A stretch of 64,000 nt of DNA from Dehalococcoidia bacterium. Its GTDB lineage: Bacteria; Chloroflexota; Dehalococcoidia; Bin125. This document shows, piece after piece, positions 47,267 to 57,964 of the stretch (its first letter is position 1; each line of letters begins with the position of its first letter). A program made the position numbers and the translations under genes. The notes beneath the pieces were generated by a model. The model was given only the letters and a program-made list of their open reading frames with translations, ran no database searches and was not told the DNA's origin. The stretch is taken from contig CAXXRD010000002.1 of assembly GCA_963663895.2 (NCBI GenBank), positions 544,001-608,000 on the forward strand, given 5' to 3'.

Positions 47267-49621
47267 TCACGGCTGCTGCCAGGTGGCCGCCTCCGTCATG
47301 CCCAGCCAGAGCACGTCGCGGGGCTGCAAGATCACCTCGCGGGTCGGAATGGGAACCGGACGGAAGACGACCTCGAAGGCCCCGACTTCCTGATTCCAGC
47401 GGTATGCCAGGGAGATCCGGCCGGCGAGCGAGGCCAGTGCATCCGCCGCCGCGCGCGGTGGCCCGGTCCAGGTAACGAAATTGAGGCCGCGCTGGAGAGG
47501 CAGGGCACGGCTGGCCGGCAGCGCGGCGGGCTGAGTCCATTCGATCGGCGGGCCGGACGAGATCCGCAGCCAGAGCGCATCACCGGTGCGCAGCAAGTCC
47601 AGACTACTGCGGGAGGATCGGGCGGGGCGGAACGTTTCCCAGTGCTGGGCAGCAGCGTCGTAGCGGAAGATCGCTTCGAGGCGATGCGCGATCGACTCGA
47701 AGGCTCGCGCAGGATCCGCCTCCTCTCCGAACCAGCCGACGGGCGTGAAGCCGGCCTCCAGCGACAGGGTGAGTTGCTCCTTGACGAAATTGGCCGCGAA
47801 CTCGGAGGTGTTGCCGGCCGCGTCGATCGCGATCGCGCTAGCGAGCGCGCCCGGCGCGACCTCGGCCTCCAGCGACCACTCGCCGGCAGCGTTCGCAACC
47901 GTCTCGCCCAAGTAGCGGCCGCCGGGACCAAAGCCGCTCTGGTCGGCCTGGGGAAAGCCGGGCGCGTCCACGGCGTAGAGCTCGACCGTGGCACCGGGGG
48001 GTGCGGTGCCGCGCACGCGCCCCAAACCCGCATCCAGAATGACGGGTGTGTTGAGCCGGCCGTTGGGCCCGGTGTCGGCGTCGCCGGGGTCATTGGCCGT
48101 GGGGCCGTCGCCGCCGAGGTCGATAGCGATCCCCACATTGCCGAGGAAGAGGTTGCGGCTGACGCGGTTGCGCAGCGTACTCGCGTGCAGTAGCAGCACA
48201 GCGGCGGCGGCGCTCCCGCCGATGCGATTGCGCCGAACGATCGTCTCCCGGGCGCCCCTGCTCAGCGTGATCCCGGCCAGGTTCCCCACGAGCGAGCCGT
48301 CCGGCATGACGCCGATGCCGTTGTTCTGGATGGAGACCCCCGTCGCGCCGTCCACGGTCACGCCGTTGGTGGCACCCATGATGTAGTTTCCCTGCGCCAC
48401 CGTGGAGCCGCCGATGGTGATGTGCCGGGTACCGGATAGGACGGAGACACCATCCTCGTCGTTGGGCAGCGGCGTCGTGCCGTCGGCGCTAAGACCGATC
48501 CAGTTGCCGATCACGGCGATCGCCCGCGCCCCCCGCTCCAGAGCCAGGCCCACGCGATTGCCGCTGATCACGTTGCGATTGGCGGCCTGCAGCCCGCCCA
48601 CGATCACTCGCTTCGTCCCGTCCCGAACGCCGTGGATGAAAAGGCCCACATCGTTGCCGACCGTCCCCGCGCCACCGGGCGCGAGCCCGATCCAGTTGCC
48701 CTCGATACGCATGGTCATGCCGCCGGCGTCGCGCAGCTCGATCCCGGCCACCCGGTTGCCGCTGATCAGGTTTCCCTCGTTCGGGCCCTGTCCGCCGATC
48801 TTGGCCCAGCCCCCGTCGACGACCAGCACGCCGTCGTCGTTGGGCAACGCCGTGCCATCGGCGCCCAACCCGATCGTGTTGTTGACGACCCGAACCGCCG
48901 AACTCCCGGCGCCGCCGACCACCAGTCCGTGCCCCGTGCGACCGCGAGTGCTGTTCCCGGCCAACCGATTACCGCAGCCCTCGCAGCTATCGCCCACGAG
49001 CGCCTCCCGGGCGCCTTCCACCACACCGATCCCGCCCCGCCGGTTGGGGGCCGCAGCGCGGCCGGACCGATCCGTCCCCACCCAGTTCCCCAGGAAGCGG
49101 TTGGCGATCGCGTTCGTACCCCGAGCGGCCAGCCCGTAATAGGCGAAGTTGCCGACGATCAGGCCGCGGAACTCCACCGCAGGCGCGGTGGAGACGAGGC
49201 CGTTCGCCTCGCCCGCAAAAGCGCCGTCGATCATGACGATCGGGTGTCCGGCCCAGCCCGACTGAGTCGTGCCATCGATCACCGTCCCGGGACCGGTGAT
49301 CGTGGGGAGGGCGCGGACGGGGATGATGCGTACGCCGTCGCCGCCGATGTCGAAGTGAATGTGCGCGCCTTCGGCGGCGTTCGCCTCCAGCAGCGCGTCG
49401 CGCAGCGTGCAGGAAGCGTCGCAGACCCCATCGCCGCCGTCGCCGGCCGCCGTCACCACGAAGATCGGCGCCTCCCCCGCGCTCCCTTGCGCGGCGGCAG
49501 TGCGAAAGAAAGCCAGGCCGCCCGTCGCCGCCAGGGGCAGAAAGATCAGCAGGACGACGACGAGAACAATCAGAGCGAAGAGGGCCAACCGTGCGAGGGT
49601 CGCGAAGAGAGGCCGCATCAA
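47267..49621 (-). CDS. Secreted beta-helix protein (CSLREA-like N-terminus) with two C-terminal surface modules
   Basis: Signal/TM; CDASCTLRDAL; repeated GNWIG/NVISGN; IDLGGDGPTAND; GNTSEF. Confidence 0.8.
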   Translation of the reverse strand: MMRPLFATLARLALFALIVLVVVLLIFLPLAATGGLAFFRTAAAQGSAGEAPIFVVTAAGDGGDGVCDASCTLRDALLEANAAEGAHIHFDIGGDGVRIIPVRALPTITGPGTVIDGTTQSGWAGHPIVMIDGAFAGEANGLVSTAPAVEFRGLIVGNFAYYGLAARGTNAIANRFLGNWVGTDRSGRAAAPNRRGGIGVVEGAREALVGDSCEGCGNRLAGNSTRGRTGHGLVVGGAGSSAVRVVNNTIGLGADGTALPNDDGVLVVDGGWAKIGGQGPNEGNLISGNRVAGIELRDAGGMTMRIEGNWIGLAPGGAGTVGNDVGLFIHGVRDGTKRVIVGGLQAANRNVISGNRVGLALERGARAIAVIGNWIGLSADGTTPLPNDEDGVSVLSGTRHITIGGSTVAQGNYIMGATNGVTVDGATGVSIQNNGIGVMPDGSLVGNLAGITLSRGARETIVRRNRIGGSAAAAVLLLHASTLRNRVSRNLFLGNVGIAIDLGGDGPTANDPGDADTGPNGRLNTPVILDAGLGRVRGTAPPGATVELYAVDAPGFPQADQSGFGPGGRYLGETVANAAGEWSLEAEVAPGALASAIAIDAAGNTSEFAANFVKEQLTLSLEAGFTPVGWFGEEADPARAFESIAHRLEAIFRYDAAAQHWETFRPARSSRSSLDLLRTGDALWLRISSGPPIEWTQPAALPASRALPLQRGLNFVTWTGPPRAAADALASLAGRISLAYRWNQEVGAFEVVFRPVPIPTREVILQPRDVLWLGMTEAATWQQP

Positions 49622-49722
49622 GACTCCCGGCGGCTCTTGCCTTCAAAGCCGGCCACCAGCCACTCCAGACAATCGTATGGGCGTCGCTCCCGAGAGGCCA
49701 GAAGAGCAATAGGGGGCACCCG

Positions 49723-50961
49723 CTACGGCACCGCGAGCGTCTGGTCGCCCGGCGAGATGACCCAGAGGAAGTCGCCGGGCATGATGGCGAAGTCTTCCCG
49801 TCCGCGGCGGGGAACGTAGGGGACCCAGCCGGCTTCCGTGCCCAGGAACTTCCAGGCACTGATCACCAGGTCCCCGAAGAGATCGGCCGCGCTGGCCTCA
49901 AAGGTCGCTCTGACGAACTGCCCGCCCGCCCTGAGGGGCAGCACGTAGGGCTCGCCGTCCGGCTCGCCCGCCAAGACCTCGATCACCGCGGAGGCTTCTC
50001 CCGTGGTCACGACGAGCCGCTGCGGCTCGTCGCCCGGCGTGAGCGTGGGCGAGGCGATGTAGACCAGATGCACGGACCCGCCCTCGGTGATGCCCCAATT
50101 CCTGCTGACGGCGGAGCCGCCAATGGAATCGAGGTCCGGGACCCCGCGCCCGGCCGGGAAGACCAGCAAGCTCCGCCAGGTTTCCCGCGGGATCGCGATG
50201 ACGATCCCAGGGTTGACGCCGAGATCCTGGAACGCGACCACGGTGCCGTCCGCTACCGCGTTGAACTCCGTGTCATAGAAGGTGACCCGGACCCAGACGG
50301 TGCCGCCGGGAGCGACCCGCGTCTGGAACGCGTCGCCCACCCGTTCGGGCCGCGGAAAGCTGGTGACGTGCGTGCTGTGCACCGCCACGCCCGCGTCGGC
50401 TGGGTCGTCCGTCTCGTCTCCCGAGCCGTCCATCTCGCCACCGGAATCCTCGCCCGGGTTGCCGATGACGACCCTGATGAACTCAGTCAGTGCGCTAAAG
50501 CCGGACCGGACGACCGTCACGCGCGCCTCGTGCTGCGAGCCGGGCTCGGCGCCGTCGGCGGCGGCCAGCGTGACGAAGTAATCGCCCGGCCGGCTGGCCG
50601 CGGCGGCATCAAGGATGGGAAGCACGCGCAGCCTGCTGCCGATCTCGTTGCTGACGTACAGCTTGCGAAAGGGGCCTTCCAACAAGCCGGTCACGCCAAC
50701 GCCGTTGGCGTCCTCCACCCGGACCGTCCAGCGCTTGGGCGGATTCTCCTCGCCGGGAGCGCCGAGCGGCAGCACCGTCCGCTCCGCCGGCGTCACCGTG
50801 ATCGTTTCCGGATTCAGGGGCGGATCATCGCCGTTCGAGGCCGACGCCGGCATGGAGTGCATCCCGGCGTTCAGGGCCATCCCCGCGCCCAGCCACGTCG
50901 CCAGCGCGATCAGCGCGAGAACCCAAACGGCGAGCCCTTTCCGTGTGCGATCGCGCTTCAT
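49723..50961 (-). CDS. Secreted protein with the shared C-terminal module
   Basis: Signal peptide; ends LFGDLVISAWKF...WVPYVP...FAIMPGDFLWV. Confidence 0.75.
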   Translation of the reverse strand: MKRDRTRKGLAVWVLALIALATWLGAGMALNAGMHSMPASASNGDDPPLNPETITVTPAERTVLPLGAPGEENPPKRWTVRVEDANGVGVTGLLEGPFRKLYVSNEIGSRLRVLPILDAAAASRPGDYFVTLAAADGAEPGSQHEARVTVVRSGFSALTEFIRVVIGNPGEDSGGEMDGSGDETDDPADAGVAVHSTHVTSFPRPERVGDAFQTRVAPGGTVWVRVTFYDTEFNAVADGTVVAFQDLGVNPGIVIAIPRETWRSLLVFPAGRGVPDLDSIGGSAVSRNWGITEGGSVHLVYIASPTLTPGDEPQRLVVTTGEASAVIEVLAGEPDGEPYVLPLRAGGQFVRATFEASAADLFGDLVISAWKFLGTEAGWVPYVPRRGREDFAIMPGDFLWVISPGDQTLAVP

Positions 50962-51135
50962 GAGCGGTTTTCCTCAAGCGAACACCGCCACCCGGATCCA
51001 TGCGGACGGATCCCGGCCGGGCGGCGCGGCCCATTCCCTCCAGCAATCATAGGAGATGCGCGCCGGGACGCCATGGTCCTTCCGGCAGCCGGGCGTCAGC
51101 GCGAAAGCGGAAGCGACCGGGCGAGAGGGTCGCGG

Positions 51136-51270
51136 CTACGCCGCCAAGAGCAAGACCGCCAGGCAGCAGATCAGCCAGGCGCTCAGGAGGCCCAGCGCCA
51201 GGGAGGCCAAGAGCATGGAGCGGGCCGGGGCGCTTCCTCCTCCCAGTGACCCGCGCATCGCCCGCCTCAC
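51136..51270 (-). CDS. Putative small membrane peptide (44 aa)
   Basis: GGGAGG RBS plus GTG; C-terminal MLLASLALGLLSAWLICCLAVLLLAA. Confidence 0.4.
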   Translation of the reverse strand: MRRAMRGSLGGGSAPARSMLLASLALGLLSAWLICCLAVLLLAA

Positions 51271-51305
51271 AGAGTCCTCCCTGGAAGAGCCGCCCTCGCT
51301 CGACC

Positions 51306-51386
51306 TCAGAGAGGGGCCAAGAAGAGGACGAAGGTCAGCAGCAGAACGAACAGGAGCAGGTTGGATGCGCGCTTGAGGTACGCCAC
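51306..51386 (-). CDS. Putative small membrane peptide (26 aa)
   Basis: MAYLKRASNLLLFVLLLTFVLFLAPL; weak RBS. Confidence 0.4.
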   Translation of the reverse strand: MAYLKRASNLLLFVLLLTFVLFLAPL

Positions 51387-51645
51387 GGCCGGGTCGCTTT
51401 CGAGGTCTATCCAAGCGCTTGCTTGTCCGAAGGAGCACGCCGCCGGCCAGCGCCATTCCCACCACCACCCTACGCTTCCCTGCGGCGCTGTCTCGCCGCC
51501 GGGGTTAAGAATGGGGCCGCGCGCGGTTAACGATTCGCCGTGGGGACGGTTATGCGTCCCTTCTGAGCGGCCGCGGCACCGGATCTGCCGGCCGAAACGG
51601 GCGCGGATTCTTGGTCCGCAGTCCTCGGCGGTTCTCGGGGACGCC

Positions 51646-51888
51646 CTAGCCGCCGGGCGGGACCGCCCGCAGGGCCTGCTCCAACTCCTGCCCGGAGACC
51701 CCCGCGCGCTGCAGCTGCGGGGCGAGGGCGAGGGCCTCGCCGCCCGTGTCCGGGTCCCAGACGACCGGATGCTCCGGCAGCCCGGGGTTGTGGAAGACGA
51801 GGAAGGCGCCGTCCTCGCTGGACTCGGTCCAGCCGAGCGCCGCCAGCGCCGCGACGATCGCTGCCCGTTGCTCTTCTCGTTGCGCCAC
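51646..51888 (-). CDS. HicA-like small protein
   Basis: IVAALAALGW....DGAFLVFHNP..QLQRAGVS pattern; 80 aa. Confidence 0.45.
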   Translation of the reverse strand: MAQREEQRAAIVAALAALGWTESSEDGAFLVFHNPGLPEHPVVWDPDTGGEALALAPQLQRAGVSGQELEQALRAVPPGG

Positions 51889-51896
51889 AACGCCCC

Positions 51897-52217
51897 CTAG
51901 GCGGCCGCTTCGATCACGCGCCGCGTGCCCTTGCGCGAGAGCGTGAAGACGGATTGCTCGTCCGGCTCCTCGTCGAGCGTGAAGTCGATGTCGCGCTCGC
52001 CCATGAAGCCGAGCAGGGCGATGGCGCCGTTCCGCTTCAGCCGCCGCACCAGGGCCTGATGCATGGCGGCGTTGCGATCCGCGGCCTCGTCTTCCGTGGC
52101 GCCCCGCGAGACGATGCCGGTTTCCCTGCCCATGCAGAACCAGCCGTCACCGGCGGAGACGCAGGTAACGGTCACGGTGAAGAGAACCGTCATCGTGACC
52201 TCGCCCTGATCTGCCAT
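51897..52217 (-). CDS. HicB-like small protein
   Basis: GWFC..ETGIVSRGATEDEA; RBS GGAGAGG. Confidence 0.5.
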   Translation of the reverse strand: MADQGEVTMTVLFTVTVTCVSAGDGWFCMGRETGIVSRGATEDEAADRNAAMHQALVRRLKRNGAIALLGFMGERDIDFTLDEEPDEQSVFTLSRKGTRRVIEAAA

Positions 52218-52399
52218 CCGCCCTCTCCGATCCGCGGCACGGATCGCCTGCTCACGCCGGCAGACAATAACAGAACCGTCACCGGCGATGCCGCCCGCAA
52301 GGTGGAGCGGTTGTCGGAGCCGGCGAAGCCGCGTTGGGGCCGCCGCGCGGCCCCGGTTTCCCGGGGGCGCTCGGCGCAAGCACGCCGAGCTGCAGCAGC

Positions 52400-52975
52400 T
52401 TACCGCGCGCGCACCGTTCTGGTCAGCGCCGTTCCGGCCAGCGCGACTAGCGCCGAGACGGCCAGGGCCGCCGGCAGCAGCGGGAAGCCGCGACTGGAGT
52501 CCGCCAGGCCGCCGCTGCCCGTGTTGGGCAGGGCCACCGGGGCTTCCACGGCCGGTTCCGGTACGGGCTCGGGATCAGGCTCCGGGGCCGTCACCGGATC
52601 CTCCGCTTCGGGCGCGGGGCTGGTCAGGTCCAGCGCCACGACGACGATCTCCCCAACGGCAACGGTGTAGGCCGGCGACGGGGAACTGCCGTCGATCGTG
52701 AAGGTGACCGTGGTGTGCTCCACAGACAGCGTGATCCCCCACGTGCCATCCTGGATCGTGCTCCGGCCGACGGCCACCCCGTCGACCCAGGCCCTCACCA
52801 CGGCCCCATCGGGGGCCAACGCCCCGTCGAGCCGCGCGCCGCTGTCGTCGATGCCGACCGAGCCGTAGAAATGGCTCGGCGGGACCGGCTGCGCCCCCAC
52901 GCTCGCGACCCACGCCAGCGCCAGCGTCGCAGCCAGCGCGGCGACAGCGCCGCGCCACATAATTCGCCTCCGCAT
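52400..52975 (-). CDS. Small secreted protein with LPxTG-type sorting signal
   Basis: Signal peptide, PPSHFYGS domain, Pro/Glu linker, LPNTGSGG + TM + basic tail. Confidence 0.8.
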   Translation of the reverse strand: MRRRIMWRGAVAALAATLALAWVASVGAQPVPPSHFYGSVGIDDSGARLDGALAPDGAVVRAWVDGVAVGRSTIQDGTWGITLSVEHTTVTFTIDGSSPSPAYTVAVGEIVVVALDLTSPAPEAEDPVTAPEPDPEPVPEPAVEAPVALPNTGSGGLADSSRGFPLLPAALAVSALVALAGTALTRTVRAR

Positions 52976-53189
52976 GAGACTGTCCTTTCGTTCGCGCCGA
53001 CCGGGGGTCGCCCCAGGCCACCCCCTGCGAAGCCGCGCGCAGGGTAGCACCCGCCGGCGCGGCCGCGATGTCGTTCGCCGAACAGCCGCGCGCGAAAGGT
53101 TAACCGGCCTGCCGGCAGCGCAAGGAGCCGCCGAGACGTTAGAGTGCAAGGCCCGCCGGGGGAGCGCAGGATGAGCGGAGGGGCACACG

Positions 53190-53462
53190 ATGACGGCTCC
53201 GGATTTCCCCAGCGAGCGCCCGACCGAGCTGCCGATCGCCGAGCGGCCCGCCGAGCGGGGGGCCGTGCTCACGGGCGCCTCCCTCTGCGGGATCTGCCAC
53301 TTCGCCAAGGGCGAGAGCTCCTCCCGGGCGCCCGCCTCCTGGATCTGGGCGCACGGGCGCGAGGACCGCTGCGGCTGGGTAGCGGTCTGCCGCTTCTGCC
53401 GCACGCGCACCGAGCCGGCGGATCGGATCTGCGACCTGAGCAAGCCGGCGGCGCAGCACTAG
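53190..53462 (+). CDS. Small Cys-rich (zinc finger-like) protein
   Basis: CGICH...CRFC; RBS GGAGGGG. Confidence 0.55.
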   Translation: MTAPDFPSERPTELPIAERPAERGAVLTGASLCGICHFAKGESSSRAPASWIWAHGREDRCGWVAVCRFCRTRTEPADRICDLSKPAAQH

Positions 53463-53539
53463 GGGCCGCGGCGATCGTTTCGCCGCACGCGCGCGCGTCA
53501 GCTCGGCGCTGGACTCCGGGCGCGGCCGCGCCCCTCCCC

Positions 53540-54789
53540 CTACTCCCCGTCCCCGTCCCCGTCCTCCTCCTCCGCCCCCTCGGGGACCGTCCAGACGACG
53601 GCGGCGCTGGTCGTGACGGCCAGCAGGTCGCCGGGGGCGATGGGGAAGTCGACGCCGCGCGCGTCGGCCGGCGCGTAGCTCTGCAGCCCTGCGACGCGTC
53701 GAAGCGCCAGATCGCCGTGACCTGGTCCACGATCGCGGCCACCGCGGCCGAGGCCGCCAGCGCCGGGCCGGGCCAGGTGATCAGGTTCGACCCCTCCGCC
53801 AGCGAGATGCTGGCCGCCTGGCCGCGCTCGGGCAGGGGCGCGCTGGCCCGCACGTCCAGGTCGATGGCGGCCACGTAGGCCCGCACCCGCACCCCGTCCC
53901 TGGCGCCGTCCAGGGTGAAGACGGTGCGCGCCAGGCCGTCCATCGTCTCGGCCGTGACCGGATCGAAGGCGGGCATGGCGCTGGGGGTCGCCCCCACGGC
54001 GCTGAAGTGCACCTGGTAGCCGCTGGGGACGGCCGCGCCGCCGCTGTCGGTGACCAGCGCCGCCACGTCGTAGGCGCCGGCCGTCTCCCGCGGCGTCAGC
54101 ACGAGCTGCAGCCGCGCCGCCGGCCCCACGATCCGGATGGCGGCGGTGGCCGAGAGCTCGCCCGCCTGGGCCGTGATCGTCACGGTTCCCGTCTCGGTCG
54201 CGTCCTGGGCCGAGACGTGGGCCGCCGCGCGCCCGCTGGCGCCGGTGACCCCGGACTCGCCCTCGCCGTGCTGCACCACGGTCACGCCAGCCGCGTCGGC
54301 CTGGAAGCGCACGGCGACGCGCGGCACGGGCCGCCCGCCGGCGTCGAAGAGCGAGGCCACCAGCGTGCCCGGCGGCGCCGCGAAGGGCGTGTCGCCCAGG
54401 TGGACGCGCCGCGCCAGCGCCGTCAGCTCCAGCTGCGCCGGGGGACCGTGCAGGGTCAGCGCGAGGCTGGCCGCGGCGGCGCCGGCGGCGGCGCCGAAGG
54501 CGCCCAGGGTGGTCGTGAGCGTCACCTGGGTGACGGCCGCCGCCCCCGTGCCGGGGCTGACCGTGACCGTGATCGTCGATTGGCCGCCGGCGGCGGCGAT
54601 CTTGGCGGGCGCCGCCGCCACGGCCCGCACCGTGGGCGGGGCCGCCCGCGCGGCGGCGGGCGCCAGCGCCAGGATCAGCCCGGCCGCCAGCGCCGCCAGC
54701 AGGATCAGGAGGAAGGGCCGCCCCCGTCCCGTCCGGGAAGGCGCCGGCCCGCCGCGCGCGGCGGCGTGCGTCGAGGGGCGCATGGGCAT
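53540..54789 (-). CDS. Secreted Ig-like (Big) domain protein with the shared C-terminal module; 1-nt frameshift near 53685
   Basis: Signal peptide; TGASGRAAA, GTVTITA; adding one G restores WRFDASQGWQSYAP...FPIAPGDLLAV. Confidence 0.7.
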
Positions 54790-55020
54790 GGCTGGGGCCT
54801 CCGTGCCTCCTGCCGCCCGGCGGTGGAGCAGTCTCCCGTCAGGGCGCCGGCGCCGTCCGCGGAGCGCGGGGCCCGGCGCGCTGACGGGAGCCCTCTCCAG
54901 GGGGCCGGGAGAACGGCGGGGGAAAAGACGGAGCGGCCTCGCCTGGGCCAGGCCGCTCCGCCCTTCCATCCCGTGACCGGGCGATCCCCGCGGGGACCGT
55001 CCGGTCTGCTTTACACGCGC

Positions 55021-55587
55021 CTAGCGCGCGCCGATGCCGGCGCGGCGGGTGACCGCCACGCCGCTCAGCGCGACCAGGGCCGCAACGACCAGGGCCACCG
55101 GCAGCAGCGGGAAGCCGCTGCCCGTGCCCGCCAGCCCGCCGCTGCCCGTGTTGGGCAGGGCGGCCGGCTGCTCCGGCTCGGCCGGCGGCTCGGCCGGCTC
55201 TTCCGGCTCGACCGGCTCGACCGGCTCGGGCGCCGGCGACGTCAGGTCGAGCGCCAGCGCGTTCATGCCGAACTGCTCCACGGCGTAGGCCATCGAGGGC
55301 GCGCTGCCGTCGACCGTGAAGGTGACGCGGTCGGCGTCGCTGCTCTGCACGATGATCTCCCACTCCCCGTTGGCGATGGTGGACGTGCCCACGTTGTCGC
55401 CATCCTGGTTCCAGGCCGAGACCACGCCACCGTCGCCGACCGCCTCGCCGTCCAGCGCGGCGCTGCCGTAGAAGATGTGCGGGCCCGGCGGGGGCGCCTG
55501 GGCGAAGGCGCTCGTTACGAGCGCGAGGGCCAGGGCGGCGGCGCTAGCAACCGCCAGCAAGCGCCACCCCTTACGAATACGAGCCAT
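55021..55587 (-). CDS. Small secreted LPxTG-type protein (paralog of 52400-52975)
   Basis: PHIFYGSAALDG, LALDLTSPAPE, LPNTGSGGLA..GFPLLP + TM + RR. Confidence 0.85.
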   Translation of the reverse strand: MARIRKGWRLLAVASAAALALALVTSAFAQAPPPGPHIFYGSAALDGEAVGDGGVVSAWNQDGDNVGTSTIANGEWEIIVQSSDADRVTFTVDGSAPSMAYAVEQFGMNALALDLTSPAPEPVEPVEPEEPAEPPAEPEQPAALPNTGSGGLAGTGSGFPLLPVALVVAALVALSGVAVTRRAGIGAR

Positions 55588-55690
55588 GAGTGTGGCTTTC
55601 CTTTTCTATCGCTCTTGTTGCCGCGTCCAGGAGTCCGCGCCGGGGGCCGCCGCGCGGGCGGCCCCCAGACACGGATCCGTTTCGCTTTCC

Positions 55691-57597
55691 CTAGCCGCCG
55701 ACCGTCTGGTCGATCGGCGAACTCACGAAGAGGATGTCGCCGGTGGCGATGCTGAAGTTCCCGCTCCGGCCCGGGATGTAGACCACATCCCACGCCCCCG
55801 TGTCCTGGTTGTACTTCCAGGCGCTGGTGACGGCGTCGCCGAAGAGGGCGGACGCCATCGTCGACGGCCCCTCGGCCGTGACCGCGTAGATGCGGCCGCC
55901 GGTCCGGAGGTCCAGCGAGATGGCCGCCGGGGCGGCGTCCGCGGCGGCGCCGATGGCCACCACGATCTCGTGCGCGACCTCGCTGTCGCCCACGGGGACG
56001 GTGACCAGGAAGACCGCCGTGCCGGCGCTGGACGGGGCGCGGTAGGTGAACGACCGCTGGCCGTCCGCCGTCATGGCGGTGCTCTCGCCCGCCGTCACCT
56101 TGCCGGATCCATCGATCTGGTCGAGGGTGGCGCTGACGGCGCCCACCCGCACGCCCTGGTCGTCCAGGACGGTGTAGGTGATCTTGGTGGTGCTCAGCGG
56201 ATCCACCGAGACGGGCGCGTCGCTCGTGATGCTGGTCGGCGCGCCGCCGACGCTGATCGTGAGCGTCACCTCGTCGGAGGCACTGCCGAGGGCGGCCGCC
56301 TTGACCGTGACCGTGTGTCCGCCGCGGCTGGCGTCGTCGGTCGCGTCGGCCGGCGTGCCGCCGCCCGGCGCCGACACCTGGATGACGCACTTGCCGTCGA
56401 TGTTCGTACCGGGGTTGGCGCCGATGTTGCCCTCGCTCGGATCGCCGTCGTCGGGATCCGCGTCAGGAGTGGGATCCGCATTGACCTGATCGTTACAGGC
56501 GGGGACATCGTTGGCCGTGCCAGGAAGGTTCCTGTCAAAGGCGAGGCTGTGGTCCACGATGATCGCGGCCGAGCCGGCCGGAACCTCCGGCGGCACCTTC
56601 GCGGGAGTCAGCGGCTTGCCGCTCTCCACGTTGGCGAAACTGCCCACCGTCGGGTTGCCGTCGGCGTCGACGATCGTCACGACGATGAAGGTCGAGCCAC
56701 CGATGCCGATCGTGCCCTGGTCGACCTCGGCGCTGATGCTGGCCGGGGTCCCGTGGAGGACCACTGCGACCGTCCGGCTGAGGTTCGAGGCCAGGTCGCG
56801 GAAGGTGACCTGCGCGGTCCCCGTGCTGCCGTTGCCCGTCAGGCGAACCTGGACGATCCCGGCCGGGTCTTCCGTCGTGGCGGGGTCGTTGTCATCCGCC
56901 TCGGCTGCCCGCGTCGTCAGCGTACAGGCGCTGACGTCCGCGCAAGTGGTGTCAGTCTTGGCATCGCCGGAGTTCAGAATGCCCCGCGTCGTCGTGACGA
57001 GCAGGTCCGTGCCCATGATGCCCTCGGCGCGGGCGTTCACGAGCTGCGCGCCGATGATGGTGCCGCCAGAACCGGCCGTGACGGTTCGATCGCCTGAAAC
57101 CGGCGACGAGCTGATCGCGGCGGCTGCCGGAGTGCCCCAGTTCTTGATCGCCACCGGCGGGTTCGCGGCAACGACGTTGATGGCGTGCTCGGTGGTGACA
57201 TCGAACTCGCCACCGGTGCGAGTTACGTGCTGGACGAAGATCTGATCCAGGGCGAATCTTCGTCGATGGTGACCCGCAGCTGGATACTCGCATCAGTCGA
57301 GACATCGCACCCGGTGTTCGCGCTCTCCCAACAGGAGATGCTCTGCGCGCCGTTGGAGAACGTCGCGGTTCCATCGCTGTCGGAGCTGATCCTGAAACGG
57401 ATCGGGGCCTGTTCTGTGCCGGTGAGGCCTGTGAAGCCCACTCCCACGCTGGAGCCGGGAGGCGCTGAGGCGGGCACCGCCTGCGCCTCGGCGGTCTCCG
57501 AGCTGGTGAGGACGACGCTGAAAGCGACGGCCAACGCCAGGGCGACAAGCGCCACGGCCCGCAGGCCCAGCCCTTTCTTCAAAATTGCTTTACTCAA
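55691..57597 (-). CDS. Large secreted Ig-like surface protein with the shared C-terminal module; 1-nt frameshift near 57250
   Basis: AGGAGG RBS plus TTG; signal peptide; the 124-aa and 487-aa ORFs join (DEDSP-LDQIFVQHVTR) if one base is added. Confidence 0.75.
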
Positions 57598-57923
57598 TGC
57601 GTTCCTCCTTGTGAGAGGGATTCATACCTTCTGGATTCGTGCATGCCTGGGCATGCGGTGGGGTGGTGTGTTTGCTCTTGCCTTCCTCCTCTTCCGGGCT
57701 GGTCCGGGCGATCAGCCCGGCGGCTGCGGCCGCCCCCCGCCCAAGACGGGCGCGGCCAGGGAAAATCGGGCGGCGAACCGCCCCGGTTTGTGCGCCATGC
57801 TATGGGGAATACGCAGCGGGGTACAACGCGCCCCGCGACATTTTTTCTCCCTTTTTACCGCCGCTTCACCTTCCTGCCCGCGCGGCCGCGATCGGGCGCC
57901 GGGAACCCGTGAATCGGGGGTTA

Positions 57924-57964
57924 TTGCCCACAATCTGCCCACGGCTTTCCTCGGCTTATCCACA
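57924..57964 (+). promoter_or_regulatory. DnaA-box cluster
   Basis: Perfect TTATCCACA at 57956-57964; degenerate TTGCCCACA (57924) and CTGCCCACG (57935). Confidence 0.35.
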
